Source of the DNA: Trypethelium eluteriae
Taxonomy: Eukaryota
DNA: 55,859 nucleotides
Direction: 5' to 3'
Assembly: GCA_051942245.1 (NCBI GenBank)
Contig: JAVECL010000093.1
Location: forward strand, 1 to 55,859
Shown: piece by piece, positions 12,191 through 24,395 of the stretch
Numbering within the stretch: position 1 is the first letter of the stretch
Layout: each line of letters begins with the position of its first letter
Made by a program: the position numbers and the translations under genes
Notes under the pieces: model-generated
What the model was told of the DNA's origin: nothing
What the model saw: only the letters and a program-made list of their open reading frames with translations
The model's database searches: none

Positions 12191-13326
12191 AAGCTATGAG
12201 ATGAATATTCTGGCAGAACCCGGTCTTTCGATGTCTTAAGCAATGAGTGGGTACAACTAACGGCAGATCACTTTAGATACACAGTCTAGGCCTCAAGTCG
12301 GGGAATAGGTGAGCCGAAGTATCTGTTTTAATGGAATTTTCTGCATCATCGGGAATTTTCAAGGACTAAGATGCCTTGTCAATTTTTCTTGAGCACGCAA
12401 ATAAACGCATAGGCACCTAAACTTATAGACACCTCTCATTTTACGCCGCATCTCCACTACTAAGCTCTCCTGGCAGTTCCTGCAGGGCTTCTCGTGTCAC
12501 GAGCTCTTTCTCCTGCTGGCGTCGTTCCTTCAACCCAAGCATTGGCTCCTGCGGCGCGAGTTCCTCCCGCTTCATCGCGTTCCATCGTTGCCACTTCTCT
12601 GATGTTCCCGTTGGCGGAGTGCCGTACCGTGCTATCATGCTATGCCGTATGAAGATCATACGACACCCGCGATCCTGCATAACACTATCAAATTCCAGTC
12701 ACGTTTTTTAGTCAGGCAGATTGCCACTTGATCAGGCAATTGATAAAAGAAGACTCCGCTAGAGGAATGTGAGGACAAGTCAGTTGTTACAGTCGCGGCC
12801 GTGCTGGTGTACAGTACGGTCTTTGTGACTGTGCCAGCCATCTTAAAAAAAGAAAAGGCTGTTTGGACATTCAGCAACTTTAAAGCAGAGCAATAGCGGC
12901 GTTTCTATCTCGTCAAGACTTAGTAGATTTAGAAATGCATATCTGTAAGAATCCAAATATCCGGTGTACGAGATTTTATTCCGAAGTGAACTTTTTCACG
13001 CCACTGAAATCACTGTACCGAGTAAATTACTAGCCCGTGCCCATTGACCAAAGATGTTAGTACACCTTCGCTCTTCCAAAGCTTTGTGCTTGTGTGTGAG
13101 CCAATAATCTGGATTAATTTACAGACCTCCACCGCAAATGGTAGGAATAGAAAGTGCCCCGTACCACGTGGCGCAGCCGCCGACTCCGACCTCAATGCAT
13201 GCATTGTACTCCGTACTCACTCAGAACCTCAAAAGTTTGCTGCATCAAATCGCTTCTTTTTGAGTCTGGAAAATACTGCAAAAGTCTTCCAAACGATACA
13301 GGAATAGATAGGAGTTACGGGAAAAG

Positions 13327-13337
13327 AAAAAAAAAAA
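13327..13337 (-). terminator. T11 run, Pol III-type terminator downstream of U5
   Basis: A11 on the + strand at 13327-13337 gives T11 on the U5 strand, about 12 nt after the 3' hairpin. Confidence 0.55.
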
Positions 13338-13460
13338 TTACAAAGGTGTGGGTCGAACCCAGAAGTTTCCAAAGATTAATCAAGCGGCGTAGTCAGGCAG
13401 TGCCTGAGTTGGTCTGGTAAAAGGCAAGATCAACATTCTGTACACTGACCTGCGCCGGCA
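13338..13460 (-). ncRNA. U5 spliceosomal snRNA (ends approximate)
   Basis: The minus strand contains the invariant loop I GCCUUUUAC (13425-13417) closed by GUUGAUCU/AGACCAAC. A basal stem GGCGCAGGUCAG/CUGACUACGCC, an Sm-like site AAUCUUUGG (13377-13369) and a 3' hairpin UGGG-UUCGA-CCCA are also present. Confidence 0.92.
13350..13359 (-). promoter_or_regulatory. B-box-like element GGTTCGACCC
   Basis: Matches the TFIIIC B-box consensus GGTTCGANYC. It coincides with the U5 3' hairpin, so it may be purely structural. Confidence 0.5.
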
Positions 13461-13482
13461 ACTAGAGCAAAATTTTTGTAAA

Positions 13483-13491
13483 ATATATATA
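13483..13491 (-). promoter_or_regulatory. TATA box upstream of U5
   Basis: TATATATAT about 25-30 nt upstream of the inferred U5 5' end. Confidence 0.6.
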
Positions 13492-14473
13492 GTTTAAGAC
13501 TTGCCCTATGCGAGAGCATCTTACCTCCTATCGTACCGGACCGAGTTTGTAATACGTGATCAAATCCCACGTGCACATTAACGTTAAGATAATGTCGCAA
13601 ACGGACTCAGCTGAAATTTCAGCTACCCTTACGACTCGGTGTCCATGGGACCGCCAACAGAGATAAAATCGCTACGACGGCGGTAGCTACTCCCTAAACA
13701 ATACAAATCCGACTCGGCCCGTTAATTGTGTTGGGCTTCCACAGACCTGTCTTGTCGATTTGGAGACACGTGCACGTCAGCGGCTGAGGACGGCTGTTGC
13801 AACTTATTAAGCGCGATACGATAGATCTCTTCGATCTGTAGCCCTTCTAGTCGGATCAACCTATGCTATTCACATGCTCAACCTTTGAGTTGGTAATCGT
13901 CCTTGATCTTCTGCCGGTTCTATCGGAAGTGCTCGTACGATGGCGCTGGGACAGTCAGAAATCGCCGCTACGGCTGATGTACCGCTTCACATTGCGTGGA
14001 TAATGTAGGCTCTGGCTCTAGAAAATGCTGAGTGCAGGGTTTGATCATCCATAGGACTCGTCATTGCAAGAAAGAGTTGGATATACCGCACGGGTTGGCA
14101 TAATATATGCCTCATACCGCACGTCACCCAATTGTTTCTTAACGCGTCCTTCGTTCAGGAAGATAATTTCGTTGGTGAGATTTCACCAAGTATGCCTCGA
14201 AATATGGTCTCATTGTTGGTCGCCAACACGCGCCAGCGGTGCCGCAACCCTCAACATCTTCATATTATCTCTTATGTATCCTGATGTTATACAGCTTTTA
14301 TATGTCTGGCTAGTTCTGGACCGGCTTTCCAGAGATCCGGGGCCTCATCATTTCTTCCCTCATTTTTATACGGCGGGTCTTGCTGTCGCCAAGCCGCTGG
14401 TCGGTACCAATCTATATTTCTATTCAGACGAAATCACGCTGCATACAGATTGACTTGCATTGATAACTTGACG

Positions 14474-15684
14474 ATGAAGGGCAAGCTGTTGAGTGTTGCC
14501 GCGATAGCTTTGCTACACCTGGGATCCGCCAAGCCTCTAGGTAAGTCAACAGGACAAGTTCTAAGCGAATCTCAAGAACCAATATCTGTATAGAAAAGGA
14601 CGCTCAGTTACTGCATAAGCGTAACGACCTGGCAGCGGTATCAACTGTCAGTGGTATAGTAACAGTTACAGCACCAGCAGCAGTCGTCTATAATGATGCC
14701 AACGGGCAGCCAGTGACGACATCCTATGTCGCGCCGCTAGGAGCCTCTTCAGTATCTCAGCAAATCGCGCGTTCATCCTTGGCCCATGGCCCGTCATCCT
14801 CTTCTTCCGCTGGTTCACCCGATTCAGGGTCAGGGAACTCATCGAATCCCAATTGTGCAGGTTCTATCGATGGCTACGGGATCGCTTATACGCCAAAGCA
14901 TGCTGACCAAAGCTTCAAATCCCAATCAGAGGTCAATGCTGACTTTGACACCTTTACCAAGACCGAGAAATACGAGCTGGTTCGCTTATATGGCTCAGAC
15001 GGTCAACAAACAGCCAAGGCAATCAAAGCCGCTAAACGCCACCCAGGCATGAAAGTCATGGCCGCCGTCTTCGACATCAAACAGGTCTCGACAGAAGTCA
15101 AACGCATCATCTCCGACGTCGACGGCGACTGGGACATGATCCACACCGTCGACGTGGGCAACGAGCTCATCAATAAAAAGCAAGCCACTGTCAATCAGGT
15201 TGCGGCCGCCGTGCAGACCGCGCGGGAGATGCTCAAGAAGGCTGGATACGACGGCTGCGTCATCACGATCGACGTCTTCGAGACTTTCTTCCAGGAGAAG
15301 TACCGGCATCTCTGCGACGTCTCCGACTACGTGGCGGCGAACGCGCATGGTTACTTCGCGGGTACGTTCGGTGCGAACGGAGATGGGAATTGGCTCCGTG
15401 GCATCCGTGACCAGGTCAGCCGTGCGTGTGGTGGGAAACCCGTCACCATCACTGAGACGGGATGGCCGACTGAGGGGAATGCAAAGAATCTGGCGAAGTC
15501 TGGGACGGGAGCGCAACAGGATGCCCTGAGCTCGATCAAAGGAAAGTTTCCGGATGGCGATGTCGTGTTCTTTGAATTCGGGGATGATAAGTGGAAAGCT
15601 AACCAAGACAATCCTCTAAATATCGAGCAGCACTACGGCATGTATGGGAAGGGATATAATCCCCTTATTGCCTCAGATACATAG
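14474..15684 (+). CDS. Secreted GH17 cell-wall beta-1,3-glucanase/transglucosylase (Scw11/BtgE-like); exons 14474-14540, 14594-15684
   Basis: Signal peptide MKGKLLSVAAIALLHLGSAKP, Kex2-like KR, Ser-rich linker, GIAYTP, VRLYG, VGNEL and ITETGWPT catalytic Glu motifs. Confidence 0.9.
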
Positions 15685-16359
15685 GAGATGGAAGATCTTA
15701 TGGGACGGCGCTTGCCAGCACTTAATTGGCTCCTTATTCTAGTTTACCGACAATATCCACCGGGAGAGCATTGTTTGCCGTAGTAGCTCCTCCATTGATG
15801 ACTATTTCGGACGAGCAGAGAAGCTTGGCCCCATTTCGCTCAAGTGTAGCTGAAATCGGGCGTCAACGAAGGGTGATGAGGTCCGCGAAAGAGGTGAATA
15901 TATGACACGGAACATATGGCGGAAAGAAGTAGCCACAAAAGAAATGAAAAGAACCTTCTACGTTTTGCATTCCAATGATCATAAGATCTGTTCACTGCCG
16001 CTGATTCTAAGAGCCCTTATCCCCTTTAGTAAAATGGATAAGAGTTGATCGGGGATGTTACACCGTGGTAAGCAATAGATGTATTAGCCCACTTTAGCGA
16101 GAAATAAGGTTCCTGAGCTACACTTGCGAGATAAATTTAGTACCTACCTACCCATTTACTCTAGAGGGCCACCCGCTTTCGAGCCACTTTTACCAATTCT
16201 GCTTTGCGAGCAGGTAAAGTGGCTGAAGCACCTTGCTGAGATTTCATTCGCTTTCAAGCCACATCTACACTCCGGAGTGTAGATGTGGCTTTGAAGCGAA
16301 TTGTTTCTCAAGCCACTGTAGATCATGATCGTCCACAGAAACAAGTGGGTAAAAAGAAA

Positions 16360-18569
16360 GCTGAGGCACAGATCCTCGCCAGGCATCCATGCTCTCTCTT
16401 CCAAAATATAGATACAAGCTCTCAAGAGTATAATGGTGCCTGAAATTTACTTGGGATTATCAGAGTATTGGTGCAAATAATCTCTGCTCTAGTATTCTGC
16501 GCCCAGCAGAAAACTTTCAGTGCTTTGCAGCCAGCAGGGGACTTCCGGGGAAACTTCCGGTTTCGCGTACTCTGCAGCGAGCAAGGACTTCCGGCTTGAG
16601 TTTTCCAGGGAGTTTCGGGACATTGCCAGTAATGCGTTTCGGCTGGTCCGACGGGGACGTTTTCAACATCTACTAGACGGCAGAAACTTTTGCAGAAGGT
16701 TGCTTGTCTTGCTTCAATCAGAGAGCCAATCATACTCACATATGCCAGTATAGGGTTATACAAACGATCGACCATGTAAAAGGCAACAACGGAGCTCACA
16801 ATGGCGAATAGCAGACGCCCTGAATCGCCTGTGCGCTTCTAAAATAAGCAGATTGAGCACAATTTGTAGAATCAAAAAGCTGGGATAGCCGAAGGATACG
16901 GCGTCTGCGGCCTCATATTTCAAGTATAAATATCTTGCATCTTTCGCCATTACCCTCGGTTCAATTACTCCTTCATTCATCTCACAAAGCAAAGCTTCAA
17001 GATACTCCAAGGCTCCTTCTGATAGTTCTTTCTGTGTATTTTCCATACCATCCCGTTTATAGGAAATGGCAAAGCAACAAGAAGCAGCCTCTCAGGATAA
17101 TGGGAATCGAAAAGACGAAGATCACGGCGGCCAGGCCAGAGTTGCAACTAGTGGTTCCAAGTAAGAAAAAATGCACCCCAATATTCTATCAGACATGGAA
17201 ATGACTTGAAATAGCCAACCTAAAGATTCTCCCATGGATTTTGCGGGAATCGGAAGTTGGGTCGAGAGCAAGTTTCCTGTTCATGGCTCGACAGGGCCAT
17301 CGCGCACCGTGAGCCAGGCCCCCCAGACAACTCAAAGCACTGAACATGGAAGGCCTGAGCCAAATTCCGGGCGAGACCTTCCGGCCCTATGAAGGTGGAT
17401 GGTTGAGGACCAGAGTTCGGAGCCGTGGCATGGTTTTGACACTAGCAATGGCTTGCAAACGGAACCTGAAAAGAGATGTCAGGATGATAAAGACACGTAA
17501 TCCGCAAGTTTGCAATCCGATTCGAAGCCCAGTATCTGGCTATCAGAAGCTAGGCTAAGCAACGCAAAAACCGTGTCTCTGGGATCAGCAGTCTGAAAAT
17601 GGCGCAAGTTTCTCATTAAATAAATTATTGGAAGGCTCCAATGCGCTCTTCGTCTTTCCAGCGGATTGATGGAGATTTCGGCGTCGAGAGAGGCAATAGT
17701 GGGCTCCTTAGTCAGAGCGGGTCTCTGGTGTTAAGAGAGTCCACGATAATGTAGCATAAAAGTCTCAACAGTCTTAAAGCAGGATAGATATTCTCTTTAG
17801 CAACATATCCAGCTCCACACATGAACACCCGGTCTGACGCCACCGCCGATTCTTGAACAACCTAGACGCGAGTTCAGTAAGACCAATTGAGAACACTAGA
17901 AGCGCTGAAATAATTTCGCTCGGCGGTTCACCGTAGGCAGTAGCTGCACCTTCAATTCGGCAAGAGACTGACGCAGTCTCTCCAGGGTGATGTCTTGTGG
18001 ATGTGATTCATGTTTACCCAAGAGATAGGTAAGACGTAGCTCCAGTTTGGTGTCGGTGCCAAACTCGAATGGAAGCTCGCTGTACTGCTCAATCCACTGC
18101 ATGCTGCCCTGATCCAAATCTCTGTCTGGCTATGCAATAGTCATGGAGGCTCAAGAATAAATCCGGCGTATCTGTTCCACTTGTCGAGTCTTTTCTGCAA
18201 GATGACTTGGTCAATGTAAAGGCATTGACCAACAGCGTGCGTGAGTCGTCCAGTTTTTCTATCTGGTCACATGCGTCGAACAGGTTTCTTGGTAACCACC
18301 AATTTATTTCCATCCTCGAAAGTCCGACGCTTTTCAGTCACATCATCCCAATGGAATGAAAGCGCCACGTACGGATTGCGCTGGTCAACAGAGACATGTG
18401 AGAGGACGCAGAAGATATGACTGGCTTGAGATACGCCGGTCTTAAACTCGATATGAACAGGTTCGCACGATACATCGTCTTTCCGAGGCAAGAGGGTGAT
18501 CAGTCGTACCTCTATCATCTCGTTCACCAAGGACCGGTAGATATAGAAGCTAGTTATTGATGGCGTCAC
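16360..18569 (-). pseudogene. Degenerate HET-domain (heterokaryon incompatibility, HET-6-like) gene
   Basis: Collinear HET-family fragments in shifting frames: EVRLITLLP...PYVALSFHWDD...LVVT(K)NLFDA, ADPRDTVFALLSL (17589-17551), VGPAET, YILEERAWMPG. Multiple stops and frameshifts; boundaries approximate. Confidence 0.75.
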
Positions 18570-20196
18570 GCCGTTCGCAAGCTGTGGGGATAATATGTTA
18601 TGTGTACGTTACCGGTCCTTTCGTTTGCGAGGCCTTAGGTGTCAAAGGTTGGATTAATAGTATGGTCCTTTGCGGCCGAATACTAGAACCTATGAGTATG
18701 ATTTGTTGTAGCAGACTCGTATTCTGCGTGTGTGGTGCCAGAGAGATGCCTCGGTTCGCCCATGTCTCTCCGAGGCTGTAGCTTGCCGTTATAGTCATCC
18801 AAGGGAGATGCGACAACTGAGGGCACTCTGACATCCACAAGACTGAGGTTCGCCGGGCACTCAGATGGAAATTGAGGATGCACAATAAGGATGGATGGAA
18901 TGAGAGACCTCCTAGTCTGCTGACAGGTGTCAAATTCGGACACTAATTTCTAAGCCGTGGAGGACAGTACACCTGCCCGTCCCCGACCCTAACCCCAAGC
19001 AAATCTCGAACCATCTCTCGCATTTTAGCTTTTCTTGTGCTGGTAAGAAGCTGCATTTGGACTTATTAGCCTGTTCTTCGGCTGCAGTCGAGGTGTATGC
19101 GCCATTGCGCTCTTGAGATGAGCATGATACATCAGAATTCTGCAGCCCCCTCCTCAAACTGGACAGGGAAGAATGTCGTTCGGTCCGCTACCATTTGAGA
19201 GAGGGCTAACGCAGAGCTGCGACGGCATCGAATCCACTCTGTCACTTGATAGGACTGTGGCATCCATGGTCGCTATCTCGCAGGACTTCTTCTGGTAACA
19301 GGCAAAGGCTAAGATGAAAGGGAACGACTTACCTCGGTCAAATGCCCTGTTACACTTCAGCTTGGCCTGGTCCCTTCAAATTTAGACAGCCTAGCGAGAC
19401 TTGCCACGAAGCGTGAGGCAACATTGCGCCGGACATGACGCTGCTACTTCTGCAAATCGACACATAGTAGCTATCCAGCAAGAATATTGGTTATTAGAGC
19501 CGAGACACCTCATTGTAGCTTCGCTGATAATTATCCAATCAAGTTGCGACCCAGAAGCTCGAGGAGTTGCGGCTGGTCGCAGACAATTTCTAATCATACT
19601 ACTCCGTTGCCCTAACTTCCGTGCGTAGGCCCCGACGAGACCTTGACATCCTGAAGTCGGCAAGCACATTGTGTTCTGCTGCGCAAGGAACGGACTGCCC
19701 CGAATCAAACAGAGTCTTTTTCGCGTAGAAAATTACTGGCGTCAGTGTTCTGGCCTCTGAGGGGTGCTTGGCTTGAAGCAGTCCTCATCTGGATTGACGT
19801 CATTGAAGAACTGTCCAGATGGACACAGATTACGAAATGCAAACATGCAGAAGCTTCGAATGCGACTAATGCCTCAGATCCTGATTTGAATTGTTTTCAA
19901 GCGCAGAGCTTCATTGACGGGAGTATGTTGAAGGCACTGATCGCCGGAGGAAAGGACGGTAGGTTGAATTAGAAGATGGCACTGTGGAGCTAGCTGCATG
20001 CCTAGGTACTTTGCCTAGTAGGTGCAGAGGTGGCTCGTGCATCCATCTCGTCTGCTCTTGCCAGACTCCGCACAAGGGCCAATGATTCGCCGCAAGATCC
20101 TTCTCAATGCTGTTTAAGCATCCCCAGGGCCTAAACAGGTTGACCATAACCCTTGACACCAGACAATGTACTGCGCCTTACCTCGAGTCTATAAGA

Positions 20197-20823
20197 ATGA
20201 TGCACCGACCGCGCAATCGCCAGCCCTGTGGCCACCATGATCAGAACACGAATCCTCGACATACGCAGCACCACACATCACTGAATACCTCACAGAGAGG
20301 ACGAGGTTCTAGAGGCGGTCCGCGAATAGGGACTTCCCGTCAAACTCTCTCTGCTGTGCCTACAATAAAACAAGTCGTCCCTGGTGCTCGCGTCTCGATC
20401 GTGCTAAAAGCGGACCAGGGCACGGGCAGAGAGGTCCAGGGAATAGTGCAAGATGTGTTGACTAGAGGCGACCATCCGCGGGGGATCAAGGTACGAACGA
20501 GTGATGGAAGAGTGGGAAGAGTGCAGAGACTGAGTAGCAGCGGTGTTGAAGAGACGCCTCAAGGAAGCAATACCACCAGTACATCGAGCACAAATGCGGA
20601 GGTGGAGACGCCTGGGTACTTGGGTTCGGAGCAAAGAGGCCTGAATTTAGGTGATCTCTTGCCCATATCGGGTGACGAGAGGGTTGAGAGGGAGAGGAAT
20701 GAAGAAGATGACGGAGTTGTGGCAGGTCAAGATGAGGCTGGTGTCAGCGTATGTCCGGTCTGTGGAAAGTTTAAGGGTGATGAGACGGCCGTCGCTCATC
20801 ATGTCAATACGCACTTCGAGTAA
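20197..20823 (+). CDS. YwbE/DUF2196-family protein with C-terminal C2H2 (UBZ-like) zinc finger
   Basis: VSIVLKADQGTGREVQGIVQDVLTRGDHPRGIKVRTSDGRVGRVQ core and C-terminal CPVC...HVNTHF. First ATG at 20197. Confidence 0.85.
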   Translation: MMHRPRNRQPCGHHDQNTNPRHTQHHTSLNTSQRGRGSRGGPRIGTSRQTLSAVPTIKQVVPGARVSIVLKADQGTGREVQGIVQDVLTRGDHPRGIKVRTSDGRVGRVQRLSSSGVEETPQGSNTTSTSSTNAEVETPGYLGSEQRGLNLGDLLPISGDERVERERNEEDDGVVAGQDEAGVSVCPVCGKFKGDETAVAHHVNTHFE

Positions 20824-21234
20824 GATACATTGTCAGCACCCATTGCCTTGGCTCTCTTGCTGGACGTATTGTGGCATCATGGACTGCCACACGAGTGACA
20901 TAGTAAGGGAGCCTTGCTGTCAAGAATGAATCACAAAGACCGCCATCATCTCGACTACTAACGTCTTATAAAACGGAGATTGAACATGTTGCTGGACGGA
21001 AGTCTTTCTAAAGCTTATTAAGCTATTCTCTTCTATCTATGATACATAGTCCAGACACAATCCTCAAGCTTGATATCGCCCTTTCCAACAACATTGTCAT
21101 ACTGCTTCCTCCCAGAATAGCCAATGTGTGGAACGCCAGAGAACCGTCAGCAATTTAGTCACTCCTCCTAATGCTCTGCAAAGGCCGCCCGTCTAGATTA
21201 TAATTAACAATTACTATTATACTCAAGCCCCCCA

Positions 21235-24200
21235 TCATTCCCCATTCTCGCCCTCAACCCCATCATCACCCGCTCCATCTCCATCGTCCAATTGACCTCC
21301 AACCATGGCGCCCGCTCCGCCCTCGCCCTCACCTTGCTTTGCTTGACCCCCTTCATACGTCACCCTTCGCCAATGACAGCGCTCGCCCTCATCCTTAATA
21401 AACTCGACCGTCGGGAAGTAATGCTCGCACTTCTTCATCGTGACGACCCACTTCACATTATCAAACGTCACCACCTTGAGCCGGAAATACGTGTTATCCG
21501 GGATCTTCTTCGTCTCCTCGAGGAAGCTCTTCAAATCCCTCGTCGGCGTCGCGTTCACCGCCGTAATGAAATTCGTCGGCGCCAATCCATACTGATACGC
21601 CGGACTGCCCCGCATGCGCGCCGACACATAGATGTCCGAATGGATCTTCGAGATCTGCTGCCGCACGGCATGGTGCGGTCGGTGCAGGATAGCGCCACAG
21701 AACACAACAGCGCGGTCGGTTTCGAACTCCTGTGTAGGTATTGTAGGCACACGGATGCTCGTCTCCTCGCGCTTGCGCACGATGACGGCGTCGAGCGTGG
21801 TATGGTCGTACATGACGTCGAGGTCCGAGACACGCGTGATGAGGCGGTCGTTGAGAGTCAGAATGATGTCGCCTTCTTGCAGGCCGCCCTCGTGGCCGGA
21901 GTCAATTTTGCGGACCATGAAGAGCTGATGGCGCTCAGGGTCTTCTTTTTCGACTTTTTCGATCCATTCTGAGACGGTCATTAGCTGCTTGTATGGAGGC
22001 GATAATTTCGAATGCGGAACGACTTACGCTCAGAAATTCCCATGATGCGGGCTTGGCTCATGTGAATGACATGGGTTTCAACAGCTAGGATTCGTAGGCT
22101 CGGCTTGATGCCTTGAGTTATCTGGTTGACGATGGGTAGCAATGCCGGTGTCGCAAGACCAAGGTGATATTCAACGTCTTTTCCATGGGGTGTGTTGCGC
22201 TCTCCAAGATAACTCAACCACAATGCATTGACAGTGCCATCTTCGCTTACCAGGACTCCGCTACCACAATGGCTTGCGACGCTAGTATCGACGGTGATAG
22301 CATCCAAATTGATGGCACGGTACCGCGGGCTCAGCACGCTCGCTGGTATAGCAACAGTGGTGATATCCGTGACAGCCGTCTTGACCACGTTAGGCCGCAG
22401 ATTCTGATTGAAACCGAAGAAGATCGTCTCAGATCCTTGCTTGATGTTTTCTGAGGACAGTTTCGCACTCTTTACAGGCGCTTGTACGAGCGACGGATCA
22501 TACTGGATGATGGCATAGTTTTGAAGAGGATGCATGAAGACGACTGAACCATCAACTATAATCGAGTCGGCGATAGTAACAGATATATCACAAAGATCAT
22601 AAGGAACGATTGCTCTAGAAACAATCACGAGTCCCTTGTCGGCGTCAATGACCAGGCCATAACCAATTTTTCTTGTCCGTGGGAAGCCATCAAGCTTAAC
22701 CGGCATGGATGCAGTGATCCGAACGAAGCTTCTAATGACATCCGCGGCGCCAGCGTATTTGCTACTTTCCATTTTGATGAAATTGGCTTTTCGAGGGACG
22801 AGAGGAACAGGAGGAAGTGGGTCTGCAATGTCGGTAAAGTCCCAAAGACCAGTCGAATCATTTCGTACAGCCAGTCTCAATTTGCTTGACCAGTGACGAT
22901 CGATGGGTATGATTGATGTATGCAAACTATGAAGGTCGCGGAGATGCTTGTACGTAATGACAACTCGCGCTCGGTCCGGTATATCTTTCATGACATTGAT
23001 AAAAGCATCGAGGTCTGGTGTGTCTTTATTGTCGACGGTCTGTATCAGCCAACCTGATTCTGCGCTCTCATACCGGAAAGAGCCTGCAGCTTCACAGCAG
23101 TACACGCCTGCGTCTTGTATGCCCACGGCATATAATCGTGCTTGTTGATAAGACAAATTATGGAAAGTAGCTCCAGCGACAGAGACGAAACGATCTGGAG
23201 TAATTGCATGGAGATCACCCACTTGTAGGGTGACTTCGATATCCTCACCCCCTCGCTGCACAAGGAGGGTAACGGACTTTCCGACGCTAGAGTCCAGAAT
23301 ATCATCGAGGCGGACGAATTGTGTGAGCAGCTCTCCATTGACTTTGACAAGAACGTCTCCTTCTTCAATCTTCAGAGCAGCCGGTCCTTTCGGTAGAATA
23401 ATCTCTGCCACAAGCATGCCGATCTCTTTTGGAAACCTTGCTCTCACAGCCGCCTCCCAATCAGCTGACAAACCCAGTCGCCGGCATTCATCAAAAGGTT
23501 TGATGAGCCACTGTGTTTGTATGGTTCCTCTCGAGACATGCTCGCCTCTTCTGATACACTCCAATGCGCGAAATGCTCGGTCAAGCGGAAGAAAGTAGTC
23601 GGTTGCTGCGCCATCAGCTCGGCCCCCTGCTTGTAGAGCAACAGCATAGCCGTCTATATTGACGACTGGACTGCCCGAGCTTCCTCCACTCGCTGCCGCT
23701 GCTGCTTGTATATAGTTTGTATTGAAGTCACTGTATCCCTCGCTGTACTCCGGCGCATTACGGTCGAGGCGACTGATCACTCCAGAAAGAATGCTTAATT
23801 TTTCCCCAGCATCATTTCCCACAACTCTGATCTCTGCGCCCACGCGCGCCAGGTCTGGTCTCAGCTGAAGCTCCGATAGCTGCATGTGCTTAATAGCCTG
23901 AGGGTCGAATCGCAGGATACCAAAATCGTGTACCGGGTCTCGGTAGACAGGAGAAACATCGCACTCCTCATGATTATCAAATATGCAATATCCCCAGAAC
24001 GGGCCAGCTCCAACGACGTGTCTATTTGTTAGAATATACCCTCGCTCAGCGTCGACAACGAATCCCGTAGCTTCGCTAGATAAGGCTGGGTCGGTGTCAA
24101 AGGAGCACGTTTGACAGAAGTGTATGGACACAACGCTCTTGACAACTTTTTCTATGGTAGCTTGCCACTCTGCCGTATCTGCCGTAGCCGCGGCGTGCTT

Positions 24201-24395
24201 AGAAGAGCGCGGATCTTCCATGTCGAGCTCGATACCATTCATGTGAGCGTCTGAATATGTCTCGCCTCCGGATGCATTTGCAACCTCCTCCATCTTTATA
24301 ATATCAATGTCCGACTTGAATTGCTTCATGGGTCTGCCGTGGGCGGTGGTGGGGGCTTGCTTTCGCTTGCCGCGAGGTTCGCCGTTCGACTCCAT
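21235..24395 (-). CDS. NMA111: Pro-apoptotic HtrA-family serine protease Nma111; intron 21969-22027; in-frame upstream ATG at 24656
   Basis: [22 protein letters not shown] (His), HDFG (Asp), GGSSGSPV (Ser), PDZ domains and a duplicated protease-like second half. Confidence 0.96.

Noticed and set aside
13345..13365. tRNA gene or SINE suggested by GGTTCGACCC
   Set aside because: No cloverleaf; the upstream sequence is clearly U5 (loop I, Sm site).
18987..18995. CCCTAACCC as an alternative telomerase template or interstitial telomere
   Set aside because: Isolated 9-mer in a different permutation; I saw no pseudoknot or terminal-intron signals with it.
21292..21972. Long antisense ORFs here and over the GH17, SDR and SRO7 genes
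   Set aside because: Shadows of GC-rich, codon-biased sense genes; no independent protein features.
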